Below the pieces are notes generated by a model, which saw nothing but the letters and a program-made list of their open reading frames with translations, did not search any database and was not told the DNA's origin. 64,000 nucleotides of DNA from Caecitellus pseudoparvulus (lineage: Eukaryota; Protista; Bigyra: Bicosoecida): NCBI GenBank assembly GCA_965644315.1, contig CBFFRQ010000079.1:300175-364174 (forward strand), written 5' to 3'. Numbering within the stretch: the first letter of the stretch is position 1; the number at the start of each line of letters is the position of its first letter. Made by a program: the position numbers and the translations under genes. Below are positions 24,201 to 37,700 of the stretch, piece by piece.

Positions 24201-26699
24201 CGAGCAGGTAGCCGTTCCCATGGCGCAGGCAAGCGTACAGTTAAGAGCAGTGTACGGGGTGTCAGCTTGCTAGATGGGTCGCATACTCCTGGTTTAGACT
24301 CAAAGCGCGGTGCATCCGTTTCACCCACATGCCAGCTTGGGCCAGCCACCACTTCTGTTCTTCATCACGCCGCGGGCCTGAGGCAGCAGTCAGCTGGTGC
24401 CAGGGAAGTAACCGCCGGCGACAACTTGCCCAAAGAGGCGGAAAAAGGATTCAGCGGAATGTCATCGACACTCGCCGTAGTGGGGAAAGCTCTTGGGCTA
24501 GGTGGAGCTGGGGGAGTTTCCGAGGCACCTAGAGCCGGGGCGACAGCGGAGGGAATTTCATCTGTCAAGAACCCATTGCACAGAGGCAGAAAGCTCACGG
24601 CAACGCCTGCGACGTCCCATGGCAGGGACGGTTCTGCTGTGCTGGGTGAGAGCGATAGGCACGAAAGCTCTGCGCCTTGCACTCGAAAGCGCAGATCAAC
24701 AGGAGAACCACTGGCCACACTTGAAGAAGACCTGTCGATCTCCGATTCGCTGTCGGAGTGCTTGCAAACTGGTGCGGAAGGGTCTGAGCCACACTTCACA
24801 AGTAATCCGTTGCGTATGGCTCAAATTGCGACTGGCAGTGTGAAGGCACGGCGGACCTCGGAGGGGAGTGACAACAAGTCGGCTGGACCGTCGAAACGAA
24901 AGCGCCCCTCCGATCCCAGCTTGTCCGGGAGTGCAGCAGCGCATGAAGACGCTGGAGGAAAAGTATCCACGGCAACCAATCCCCTGCATGCAATGCGCAC
25001 CACTCAAGGCCTTCGAAGCACGGATACAGCTCTCGCACTTGTGCACTTCTACAACTCATCGGGCAGCCGAGCGACCACAAGGCGTCGCCATCGAGGCTCA
25101 AGAATGCCACAGGCTGAGCTGGGGGCTTCAGATGGAGCGCAGGGACTCCGCAGGTCCACATTGTCGCTTGCATCGTCTGAGCGAGCCCGAAGCTCAACAC
25201 TGCAAGATGCTGGCGAGCCAGCGCAAGGACGGCAGTTGCAAGCGCTGTCAAGTTCTCGAGCACTTCCCACGGGTGCATCCTCTGATCGGCGACCTGACTC
25301 CGGGCCAGGACCTGAAAGGTCTGCAACACCCAAGACTTCTCAACAGCTCTCAGCACGCGGGTCAGAGCAAGCAAGCACTAGGAGCAGCAGCAGCAGCGAT
25401 TCGGAGCCTGGTGGCTTCTTTGGCTCGGGATCAAGCTCTGACTCGTCGGACGGTTCAGCATCTAGTCAAAGCAACCCCAAGGCTGCGCGTCCTATGTTCA
25501 CAGTTGTTGCGCGGACAGCTCTCATGGCAGCCGCGGTAAGGAAAAGCCCCCAAGAGAGCTTCACACCGTCGGGCACATTTTCCGTCCCCGTAGACTTGGA
25601 CGATTTGGAGCCATCCTCAAGCGCGGGTGTACCTTCAGACAGCGAGGAATCAAGTGAGCCAGTTCCCACCAAGGCTTCAAGCCCACCACCTCCACCGCCA
25701 AGGCCCAAATCACCACCAAGTGCCCCGCCTGGCAGGAAATCGCCGCAGTCAAGGTCGCCATTCCCACCATCTCGGCCTCGGCCATCGCTGCTTAACAAGT
25801 GCGGCTCGGCTCCGATCCCTGCTGCGCAGGCCGTCGCCCCCGTCTCAGCAATCTCAACCTCAAGGCACACCTCATCTGTGTCAAGAACTCCCCAAAAAAC
25901 GACGGGGCCAGGACAGACTTTGCCCGCCTCAGATGCACAGCTCAAGACGAAGGGGGAAAGGCCGCCAGTGCCGCTGAACAGAAACTGGAGCTCAAACACA
26001 AAGAAAAGTAAAATATCAAAGGCTGCGCAGCGGACGGTCCAGAAGGAACTGGAGAGCCGCGATGACTCTTGGCCGACACGCTTTCTCTCCTACTGTGCCG
26101 TTGACCCAGATTTAGCAGTGGATGTCGCTCTCGAACACAAGTTCCACTGGGCTGCCTTCAAGTCATGTGGGCGGCGGCGTAAGTTCAACAGGGATCAAAT
26201 CAAGGAACTGGTCGTTGCAGAAGGTGTGGACAGCCTACCCTGCCTCGAGAAAGCACTGTCCGACGATCTCCCGACCGACGGTGAACCTCCACCTGGGGCA
26301 CTGGCCCGATGGAAGCGCTCAACCATCGGCTGTCTGCGCACAAGTGCCCGTCTCTTTTGCTCGTGGTACATTCGCATGGCGCTCTCGTACAACCAAGTTT
26401 CAGTCCTCATGAACGCCTTCCTGTTCTTCGCGGTGTTCGGTTCGCTGATCACATCCATCTCTGGCACGGACTTGTACGTCGAGTTTGCTGCAGTTGTGCT
26501 GCTCTTTGCGGTGGGGATCGTGCCCTCAGTTGTGGTGGAGCTACTGTTTGCCGTCATGTACACCGTCTGGAGCTCCATTGCCCTGAAAGAGCTCGGCATT
26601 GAAACCACCACAGAGAAAGTGAAGCAGCGAGCCAAGTCCGTCGCAGGAGTCCGGACATTACTTCGCAAGTCAATGGCCCCCAAAAAATCAAGAGTTTGA
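15206..26699 (+). CDS. ~3,800-aa secreted-type membrane protein: cadherin repeats + IPT/TIG repeats + Cys-rich region + ~9 TM helices (nonagonal-cadherin-like)
   Basis: 11.4-kb ORF with a signal peptide (GAVLVLLAFFAVPL), cadherin motifs (LDFE/LDYE, NINEPP, DVNEAP, DAEDP), TIG motifs (GG..V.I.G.NFG) and nine hydrophobic segments. A probable micro-exon 15206-15219 plus a GTAGGG..CTGAC..CACAG intron (15220-15322) supplies the ATG; this start is less certain than the ORF itself. Confidence 0.82.
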
Positions 26700-28773
26700 G
26701 TCTTATGGCGTGTTTCATACGTGTAAATGCATTTCAGCTCATGTGCCATCGCTCTCAGCTGCCGATCCGCAGACTAACCACGCAGGCACATGACAGAAGT
26801 CTAAACGTCAAGGGCTGTAGGCGCTGGCTTGGCAGCTCTCCCTACCCTTCGCGATGCGTCCACGGCCGAAGTGCCAAACGTTTGCAGCCCTGACACCCTT
26901 CCCTTGCTGCTTGTTCTCTTGCTCGTTTTGGAGAACTTGCCAGCTCAAATCTTCCCCACCGCCGCAGCTGGACGCTACTACCTTCGACTTGTTCAAATTT
27001 TACGGTCCGGCAGGTGAGATTGTTACATTTCTTCATCTCGCGCGTCCAAGCAAATCAATTCGACAAGCATCTCTTTGGCGACTCTACCAGCTCCAGCTGT
27101 CCATGCAGGAGCGTCCTGCAACGGAGTGGCCTTGCGTTTCACTTCGCCCACGCCAGCCGCACCATGGCAGGGTGAGGGTCGCCAGTGTCGAAGGGAGAGG
27201 CGGATCTTGGCACATGCATGGTGTGTATCACGTGTACACTGCCTCCAACGTGCTCAAGGCCCTGCGTCGAGCGGTTTGGTTTTGCACGCCGTTCAGGATG
27301 AAACTCCCATCACCAGAGCCAGCACAAGGTAAGCCATGCACCATGGCTCGGGCGCTCGCGAAGACTTGAGCGAACCAAGTGGTGCCCTGGCCGCCTGGAA
27401 GGCTTCAACCGAAGAATTGTTCAGCCATGCCTGCGACGGCACATGGAGTCAGCATCCACTCGCCGCTGGAGCTGGGGGGGTCCATGGCTCGGCTTGCAGC
27501 GCCTGAGCCAGTGCCTGCGCAGAGGCAGCACCATTGCCGTGACGCTGTGGCGCGGTGAGCAAGGCGCTTTAGCGAGCACATGGATCGGCAACCACGACTT
27601 CTGGCGAAGGTTCAGGCCTTTCAACTACGACATGGGACAGGGCGGCAGATTCCGTGCTGCAGGGAGGCTCAAACGTATTTTCTAAGCAGGTGGGGCGAAG
27701 CGCTGGTTTGCGGCACCACCACGCCACGCACCTGCTGCCAGTTTCATGGCCCGCGCATGCCCACGTCGGTGCTTGGGAAATTTTCTGGAATCCCTCCCTT
27801 GCCAGTGACACCCTGTTCGCGAACAGTGGTAGTGTGTCCTGGTCGCGAGGGCTGCTGCAGAGTAGCGACCCTGCGAGGCACGCAACCCCACAGCCTGCTC
27901 TTGCCTCCGGCGCGCACAGAGCACACAGGGAGGCACTTCAGAGGTTCGTATTTAGATTATGAACGGCTCTGGTTACAAATTCCGTGGCGGTGACTGCGCT
28001 GGAAGGGTCGTGGGCGACGCCGCCAAAATGGGCTAATCCATGCCAAAAACAGCGCCTGTGGGGCTGGTAGCCCGAGCAATCAATCAAGGACTGCAAGTAT
28101 CCTCTACAGGACGTCAATAAGACGCCCTGTTAACGAAATTCCTGAGTTGGCGCGAGAATGCACTGCCCCCCGCCAGAATGTTGCCAATCCAGCACTATCT
28201 CACTGAATGGTTGCACCGCATATCAATCCTTCCGCAGCAGCAACGCCCGTTGCATGGGAGGTTTCTGCGAGCAATGAGTGCTTTGTGAAACCCACGGATA
28301 CATCATTCATCGCCCCTTGCAACGGCTGAGGCTGCCTGGCCGTGTCGGTCGGTTGGCAGACCAAAGACCTGGTTGCAGAGCGGACAGATTCGTGATGATA
28401 ACCAGCAGCCAGGCTTGCCGCACCCCCCATGCCCACCCTTACCACACAAACCCGCCGACCAGCGCAGTCCAATTGCTTGGACATGCCTTAGGGCACCCTC
28501 TTCACCTTCAGAGTCCCTCGTGGTGCCGTGCTCTCGCTGCTGGCCGGGTCGGTTTTTCCTCCTCGTCGCTGTCGACGAAGTACTTGTCGTAGTTCCGAGG
28601 CTCGCCCACGCGACGCCCCCAAACGGTGTGTGCGCAACATCTCCACACAAGGGACATTTGGAGCTTCTTCCGTGCCCTGCCGCCCGTCTGCACGTCCCCC
28701 GCGCTGCCGTTCCTTCCGACAGGCTGTGCGGCGGAGCCCTGAGCGTGCACTCACACCATCACAGCTCCTCCAC

Positions 28774-31700
28774 ATGGCGGCAGCTTCTGGTGAGGCGGGG
28801 GACGTCCCCCGAAAGGAAACACGCACTGCCAAGGCGTATGCCGACCAGTCCTCCCTCATGGGCGAGTTGGAGGTGTCCATGCTCCTGCAGTCCCACGAAG
28901 ACGCCGAGTTGGAGGAGGCAGCTGTGGAGCAGGAAAAGGCAGCCTCCGCCAAGCGCAGAGCTGAGCTGGACGACCCTCTGGCAGGGAAGGTCATCTTCCC
29001 CCTCACACACATGCGCATCACGCGGACACAGGGCGCCACCCTGCGTCTCTGCTTCTTGGCATTGCTGCTTACGATCAGCATGGTGCGGCGGCGCCGCGTT
29101 CGCATTACAACCTTGCATACTTCACACTTACCCCCCAACCCTCCCCCGCAGGTCATCCCCTCACTGTACTCGCTGTACCGGCAGTTCTTCTACCGGCCTG
29201 GGGATGTGAGCCCCCCTTTTGACCCCAACGGCGACCTGTACTTTTCCGCCGACCTCTGCCGCCTGACGCTGCTGGACACGCCGAAGAGCAACGACCAAGT
29301 GCAGCTGTCCATCCGCATGTCCAGGCCGCGGGACCAGACGTTCCGCTTCATCAGGGAGAATTTCCAGTCCATCATTGACGCCACCCTGCCCGAGACAGCT
29401 CTGGCGCTGGACTCAGCGGCAAACTCTGTGAACATCTCCACTTCAAATGCCGCCATCCCGTGTGAAGTGGACTTGCGACTGCCGTACCAGTACAACGGCA
29501 CACTGTACATATCTTCCAACGTTGCCGACCTGGTGGTGCAGACGCCGCCTGGCGCCTTCCAGAGCGGCAAGGAGGTGGTGTTGGGCCCCACTGGCCACGT
29601 GTCTGTCTACGCAGCTGACTCGATGCATGTGGACCTCACCAGCATCGTCGGCGGGCGGGTCAGCGTGTCAGCGGAGCGAGGCATCGTGAACCTGCGAGAC
29701 GTGTACACAGACTCCTCCATCGATATCGGCACGCGCTATCGGGCAGAGTGCGATCTGTCACTGCTGAATGCGACTTCCCCCGCCTTTTCCAGCTTCAATG
29801 CGACGGACAACTCTACCAGCCCCACGCTGTCTGGCTTTTGTACGACCCGGGGTGGGGAAGTGTACATCACCACGTCTGCTACTCGGTATCCCCACGCATC
29901 AGGGGCTTTTGTCCGTGTCAACGCGTCAGAGCCCAGCGGCGTCATTTGCGCCACAGCCCCGGCCCGCACAGAGCTGTTCCAGGACAGCTCCAGCTGCGGC
30001 TTACCTGAGCAGGGCGGCGCCGCCAACAGCGGCACCGGCTCCTCTCAGCTGTTTTGTAGCATGATTGTAGACTTGTGCGACTCCGAGTTCATTTCCGACA
30101 ACGCGACCTTCGTCGACGGCTTGACATGCGGGACGACGCTGGGCAGTGTCCCCGTCCACGAGCACAGCGTCTCCGTCACACGAGGCGGCGTGTATGCTGG
30201 CCTCCTGAATGACCAAATTGTCCGCGCAGAAGGCTACGCCGTGTCTGATGGAGGTGCCTTCTCAGCTGGCGTGTCCCTGGACCCCGCCACGCGCCGCGTG
30301 CTGCAGAGCATCCAGGCTTGGGTAGACCGCGAGCCGTCGTACGACGCCATCGTCGCCATTGACTTGGCCCAACAAAACGCAGGGCGGTGGCTCTTTGCCA
30401 CCAAGGACGTGTACTTGCAGCTTGAGCCGCATTGGCTGTCGGCCTTCTCAGCTTCCATGCTGAACCCGCGCTTTCGTGAAGTGCCTGCCCGGTTCAACCC
30501 TGGCTTCTGCCCAGTGTCCGTGCTGCAAGCGGCGCCTGCTTCACAGCAGGGGGCTGTCGCTGGACGTGGCCCAGGCCTGGGCACGCAGGAGTCTGGCAAG
30601 ATCTCTGAAGCCATCTTGGCGGACATTGTGCAGCTGGTGACGGAAGCCAGCCGCCGGTACGTGCTGGGGCAGAAGTCAGAGATCGGCTTCTTCCGGTACG
30701 AGGTGGACGACAAGGGCACCTTCAAGAATTCCGTCATCACCCTGCTGAATAACATTCCCCTGGTCATTGCCGTGTGCCTGTCCGTGCTGCTGGCCACTCT
30801 CATGGGCCTCTCCATCGCCGCGGTGGCGGTGTTTGCAAACCGCTTCGCGCGGCACTACCTGCACTCGTACATGGTGCGGCAGACCAAGATCCAGGAGCTT
30901 GACGCTGCCAAGGCCAAGACCGCAGCAGGGGGCCAACTGCTGGAGCTGATGGACCCCGTGCCCCAGCTGCGCGCGCTGCCGGCGCTGGACTGGGGATACT
31001 TCCAGGCCACCTCCCTGGCCGCCTGGCTCATCGCGCCCAAGTTTACCACGTCCATCTCCTCTTACATCCGGGACTACTACCAGACGCCCAAACGGGACCT
31101 TGCCTTTTTCAGTGCCGTCGTGCGACTGGTGTTCTGCCAGCCCTTCCCGCCTGGCCTGCGGCGGTCTCGGTGGGGAGTGCTGAAGGATGTGCTGCGCCTG
31201 CGAAACCCGTCCTCCGTCGCGCCAGAGAAGGAGTTTGAGGCAGTCAGCAAGAGCATGGAGCGAATGGCGGTGTTCAACGAGGGCTACGTCGCGTACTGCG
31301 CGCGCAACGGCTTCACGGAGATGGACGTGCTGTCTGAGGCCGCCCAGACGATCCTGCGCAAGCGCTTCAACGTGACAATCGAGACGGAGCGCACGACTGT
31401 CATCCGCACGGTGCGCTTCAAGGACAAGAGTGCACTGGTGCAGGAGCAGGTGTCCAGCAAGCAGCTGTACCAGCGCAGCATGCTGAAGTTCTTCCTGGCG
31501 TCGGAGTGCGAAGTGACGGGTGTAGAGTCCGACTACATCCCCCTGGTCCAGTTCCAGAAGGCGTACAAGACCTTCTGCCGCACGCACCGGGAGCTGGCCG
31601 CGCCATTGACGGCCTCCGTCATCGAATCTGAACTGAAGTTGGCCGTGGATCGCGACAAAGAGCTGAACTACCTGAAGGGCATCCGCCCCCTGGTGCTGTC

Positions 31701-34700
31701 GAAGGCTTGGCAGAACGAACAACGCGAGCTGTACGAGCAGCAGCAGGAGGGGCGGAGGGGCGGCTGCTGCAACATGTGCAACTTTGGTGCTGCCGGCGAT
31801 TTTGCGCTGGGCGTGACAGTGGGCGGGGCGGTGGGTGCCAGCACCACCGCCGGCAACCAACCTCTGGCCGAACGCACCAACGTCATTGCTGCTGACCAGT
31901 CCGCCGCCAACTTCATCCTCTTCCTGTCTGTCGTGCTGCAGGTGCTGCAAGTGCTGGTGCCGACGCTGCCCTTCCTGTTCTTGGCACTGTACTCCCAGAC
32001 GGTCTTCGTGAACACTACGGCCTTTGACCTGGACCAGAGCTCCAACCTGCTCACGTTCAACTCCATTCTGTACGAGCCATGGGAGGTGTTCCGGTCCACG
32101 AACCTTCTGGTGAACCAGATTATCATCTACCTCTTCGTGGCGGGATTCGTGGGAGTCGCGGTGATTGAGCTCATCCTGTACCACCTGCAGGTGCCGCTGT
32201 ACCACCCCTTCCAGACTGGGCGCCCTCTGCTGCACGGCGCCTCCATCGGCCCTGCACACGGCCTCACCTTCCACGACGCAGAGTACTTGCTGCGCCAGCG
32301 GCAGTACGAGTTCCCCATCGTCCTGAAGCGCGTCTCGGACGAGCCAGCCGACAACTCCTCGTCCTCCTCATCCTCGGATGAAGAGGAAGACGAGAACAAG
32401 AAGAAGGCGAAGACGCAGCGCAACCAGGCCAAGGGCAAGCAGTTCACGAGCTCTGCAGCACAGGCCACGGCTGAGGACGGCGACGGTAACGTGCTGGACG
32501 CGCCTGAGGTGAAGGTGGAGCGGGAGGGTGCGGCGAGTGCCGATGTGGCCGTCGCTGTGCCGTCGTCTGGCACAAGCATCGTGGCAGCTGCGCAGGCCAA
32601 GGCCATGGAAAGCTCCAAGGCGGATCGTCTGCGACGTCTGCCTGCGTTGGACACGGAAGGCGCCAACCGGGCCGCTGCGTCTGGCGCCATGCCGTACAGC
32701 AACCAGCCCACCCCTCGTGAAGACGACGACATTCTGGATGCTGACGTGTATAAGTCGTTCCTGAAGACGTCTGTGGCCGCTGCGCACTTGCTGCGGTACC
32801 GCCGGGCAACCGACTCCCAGCTCAAGCAGCGCAAGAAGGCCAAGGCGCTTGAAGGCGAAGCCAACGCTGACGACGTGGCCAGCGCCGACGCCCTGTACAA
32901 GGGCGCCCAAGCCAGCGGCACCGTGGAGACGAAGTCTGCGAAGGCCATCGGGCAGGGCGTCGTGAACGAGGCTGAGGACGTGTTGGAGGAGCTGGAGCGC
33001 AAGCGTGAGGAGCGCATGGCTGCAGCCCTCACCTGCTGCTGCATGCGGTGCCCACAGTCCGTGTGCTCGGCGTGGTACTGCTGCACCTGCCGCGGCGGCC
33101 GCCTGCAGGAGGTGGCTGAGGACGAGGAGGACGATACCCTGGATAAGTCCAGCATCTCCGTCTTGGCGCGGAAGCTGCAGGCTGCACGACAACACCAGCA
33201 GGCGAGCACGTCGTCTGGCGTGCTCGCCTCTGTAATGACGCGCACCGACAAGGTGGCGGGGCGCCTCATCGGCTTCGTGCTGCCCAAGCAAGCCTCCCGC
33301 ATCGTCATTGAGCGGGTGGAGAAGCTGTCTGACCTGCGCACGCCCAAGATCGTGGAGTTCGTGGACCAAGCTTCCGCCACCTCCCCCATCACTTTTGAGA
33401 AGGAGTTCACGGGCCTGGAGCACTTCCGGTACACCCTGCGCTGGCTGGTAAACGCGCTGCTGCAGGTATATCTCTTCCTCATGATCACCGCGTGGGGGGG
33501 CTACCTCACCCTGGTGGCCGTGTACTGGGTGCTGGGCGCCATCATCGAGCCCAACCGGTTCCTCCCCTTCGCCGCTGCTGCCGTGACCTTCTTCGGCATC
33601 GTGACGGCCCGCCTGGCCCAGGCCAACAACCTGCGCCGGGAAGCAGAGAACATCATGATGGAGAGTGTGTCAGAGATCGTGCGGGAGGTGCTGGCCAAGA
33701 GCCCCCTGCTGAATGGCAAGAGCTCCAAGGCCAAGCCCGGCCAGGCGGCGGAGGACCTGGGCAAGGCGCTACTGTCTGGCGACGTGTCCAGCATCACTGC
33801 TGCCCTGTCCAAGGACGCCGCCTCCTCCATGCTCGCGGACGCCATGGCCCTCACTGCCTCCCGCACCGGCATTGACTTGGAGACGCAGCTGGCCCTGGTG
33901 AAGGGACAGCTAACTCCTGAGCGCCTGACCAAGCTGGCTCTTGATCACCTCAAGATGGATCCCACGCTTGCGGGACTGCTCATCGCCTTCGCACGGCGGG
34001 ACATGTCGGCAGTGATGGACGCACTGCCACCAGTGGCCACGCAGCTGACGCCTGTGAAGGATGAGCGCCTCATCGCCCGCATCGTGAAGCTGTCCAAGGC
34101 GGTGCACTTGATGATGACGTCTGACGAAGCCAACCGCATGCGTGCGACAGGCGAGATCGTCGCGGCCCTCATGGACTTCCTGGAGGACCAGAACGTGGAC
34201 AAGCGCATGCTGCACTTGATGGACCTGGCCGCGCGGGTCATCACGTCGCCTTCCGAGGAGACGGCGTTGTACCTGCTAAACGAGCTGTGCACGGTCCTCG
34301 TTGCACCACACATGAGCGGCGTGGTGGGTGCAGGGAACGCCGCCATCGACGGCGCCCTGCAGCAGGCCCAGCGCGCATCCGCCATGGCACAGAGCAAGCT
34401 GGGCGTCTCTGCGCCTGGATTGGACGCTGCTCTGCAGGCTGGTGCGGGGGCTGCCAAGCAAGGGCTGGCAGGCGCTGCCGCGGACCCAGTCGGCGCTGCT
34501 CGTGCCTTTGCGCAGGCTGCCCCTGCGCACCTGGCCCGTGCGCACGAGTTCCACGCCAAGGCCCCCGCTGCCATCGTGAAGGCTGTGGAGGAGGCACAGG
34601 AGGCCGCTCTACGCCGGGGGCAGCTGGAGGCTGAGAAGCTCATGGCGCAAGCTGAGGAGCGCATTGAAGCGGAGATTGCAGCTGCCAAAGAAGCCGGGAA

Positions 34701-37700
34701 GGAGTTTGCCGTGGCCAAGGCGCGGGAGATCCGTGCCGCTGCCGAGATGGAGGTGCGCAAGCGCATGGGGGAGGTGTATGCGCCAGTGGAGGCGGCGTTG
34801 AAGAAGGCGGCGCCCTTCCTGCTGGAGGGGCAGGCGACCCTGGACAAGGCCCAGGCTCAGGCGCAGGCATACCGGGACAACCCCGAGGCCCTGATGCGAG
34901 ACAGCACGGCCCTGGCGGCAGAGGCCCTGGGAGACAAGACAGTGGAGGTGCCGGGTGTGGGGAAGGTGAATGTCGGCAACGCCATCACCAAGTTCGGCAA
35001 GCTGCTGGAGCGCGTCCTGTCTGCACGCGACAAGGACGTGTCAGACCTGCTCAGCGATCCCCAGCTGCAGACGCTGCTGATCGACTTGATCATGGACAAG
35101 CTGCAGGGGCTTGTGAAGGAGCAAGTGGCGAAGCACACAAAGGGCCGGGTTGGCGCCATCGCTGGTTCAGCCGTGGATGCCGCCTTCGGCCACGCCACGC
35201 TATTCGCGAAGATGAGCCCGGAGGAACGCCAGGCCGCTCTCATGCGAGCCAAGGGGCACACCGAGGCGCACGTGGAGCAGGCCAAGGCCAAGCTTGCGCA
35301 GATGCAGGCTGCCAAGGACGAGCTGTTGAAGAAGGCCCAGGAAGCGAAGGAGGCCGCCGCTGAAGCTGGGGAAAAGGCTGCCAAGGCCGGCAGTGCGGCA
35401 GCCGAGGCAGTGACGTCCCAGGACGGCGCGGCTGTTGGCAAGGGCCTGGACAAGGCAGCCGACGCACTGGCTGGCAGCGAGGCGGCGCAGAAAGCGGCTC
35501 TGGCCAGCAAGGCGGCCATGGACGAGCTGCTGGAGGAGTACGTGTCGGATGAGTTGCCGCCTGAGATCCGGGCGGCGTACGGCGCCATCAATCCGAAAGA
35601 CATCACAGAGGCGCTGGGTACGTTCCAGAACACGCTGCGTGGCTTCGCCGCTGCCGCACGGGGTGACGTGGACGAGACGGTGACTCTGCTGGGGCCCATG
35701 TTCGAGAAGTTGGTGGGGGTGAAGGCCTCTGCTCTGCGCGCCATTCTGGCCTTTGCGTCTGGGAAGAAGTCTGTGGACATCACCCGCACAGGTGCCCTTG
35801 TGTTGAAGGAGATGCTGGGGCAGCTGTCTGAAATGGCGGGGACAGAGGCACTGGCGGGTCTGAGCAAGGACGCGCTGGCCAGCATCCCCGCCGAGCTGCA
35901 CCGGCTGCCGCTCATTCTGGCGGGCTTTGCGACAGGCTTTGACGTGCGCATCGACCGCATCGCGGAGCGCGTTGTGCTGGGGAACGTGACTGTCAGCAAG
36001 GCGCTGCAAGCGGCCCGCAGCGCAGGCGGCGCTGACGCCGCTACCCAAGCCCTGCGGAAGGCCTCCACGAACTCTGCAGTGCAGGCCGTGGCAGGGCAGC
36101 TGGGCGTGAGCGAGGAGCTGGACCACTCGCTGAAGTCCATGGCAGACACCATCGAGGAGCTGGGCGACGAGGCGGCGGCCCTCATGGACCCGCCCGACAT
36201 CCCCGGGCTGACTGGCTCCCAACGCGCCATGCTGCTGGTGGCCAGCGGCATCACCCGTCTGGAGGCGGTGGACAAGATCATGACTGCCGCCAAGCTGCCG
36301 GCTGAGGCACCCCAGTGCGTGACGACGGTGCTGGACGGCGTGGTGACACGTGGTCCACGTGCAGCCCTGGAGGATGCCGCCAGCCAGGCGGTGGGGTCCC
36401 ACACCTTGCGCAGTGTGCTGCGCCTGAAGCTGCCCTTTGTCGCGCGCCTGCTGCAGAGCATGACGTCCATGGCTCCAGCAGACCAGCGCCGCATCGTGAA
36501 GTTGCTGGGCGTCATGCTGGACCGGGCCAACGTGTCCAGTCTCACCGCTGCGCGGGAAGCTGTCGCGTCGGGGGCCGCTGTGTCTGCGGCGGAGGGCTTG
36601 GCTGAGAACGTCTTCGACCGAGTGGGCGGACAGGCAGGCGTGGAGGCGTTGCTGGACCCCATTCTGCGCGCCATGCTGGGCAAGGTGCGCACGACGTATG
36701 ACTTTGCCAGCCAAGCCAAGCTGCGTGGCGGCGAGGCCAGCCGCATTCGGTACCACACGTTGGCAATTTTCCGCATGCTGCTCACTGGGCAGGCACACGA
36801 GGCTGGGTCCATGTTCGACACGTCGAAGGGCTCCCTCATGTGGCACGTGCTGCAGCTGGTGACGGAGGCCAGCCTGTGCACGGGCGTGGACGCGTCCTTC
36901 CGCGACCTCTTGCGCGCACAGAACTTTGGCGTGGGCGCCACTAGCTCCTTCGTGCGCAATGTGCTGGTGCGGCGGTACCAGCTGGGCGTGCTCATGTCGT
37001 CTGCCATGTCCCGAAACCTGACGTCCTGGCCGCCGCTGGGGCAGGGCCTGGACGAGTTCCGAGCGGCAGTCACCAAGCCCGAGACGCTGGAGGCAGTGGC
37101 GGCATCCCTGGCCAACGAAGACTGGGCCAGCGTGTTGCCGGCCAAGTTCCAGGCCTTGGCCGCCAACCGCAAGCAGCTGGAGACGTCACTGGGCATGGAG
37201 CAGTACGTGCTGCTGTCCATCTGCGTGCGGGCGTCCATGGGGCACTTCCCCTCCCTGTCCGCCCTCGTCATCGCTGGGCTGCAGGCCGGCATGGACATCA
37301 GTGGGGCTGCTGGCAAGTTCGAGAAGCACCTGCCGCTCATGGAGCGCCTGGAGGCGGTGGCGTGGACGGTGTGTCGGTGCTGCACCCTGGCCGGCCTGCG
37401 CGCGAAGATGGCGCAGCAGGTGCAGGCCAACCTCATGCCGTCTGCCATTCAGGCGGTGCTGTCGGGCAAGTCAGTGCAGTTCGAGCTGGGCATCCCGCCC
37501 CACGTCCTACGAGCTGTGGCGGAGTTCATTGGCGCACGGGGCAGTGCTGAGGAGCTGGAGTTGGCCCTGGAGCTGCTCTTCGGCAACCCGTTCGCGCTGT
37601 TCAACAGCGGCTGGCTGCTGCGTTTCGGCGTCAGCGCCTCCCTCGTGGACATGGTGTCGAACTCCATGAACCAGTCGGCCAAGTTCGCCGCCCGTGCCCA

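Noticed and set aside
28528-28773. N-terminal extension of the 9,153-aa ORF from the GTG start
   Set aside because: Non-ATG start in a eukaryote and a UTR-like Arg/Ser/Pro translation; ATG 28774 is preferred. The same applies to listed starts at 37, 1871, 4569, 9843 and 15324.
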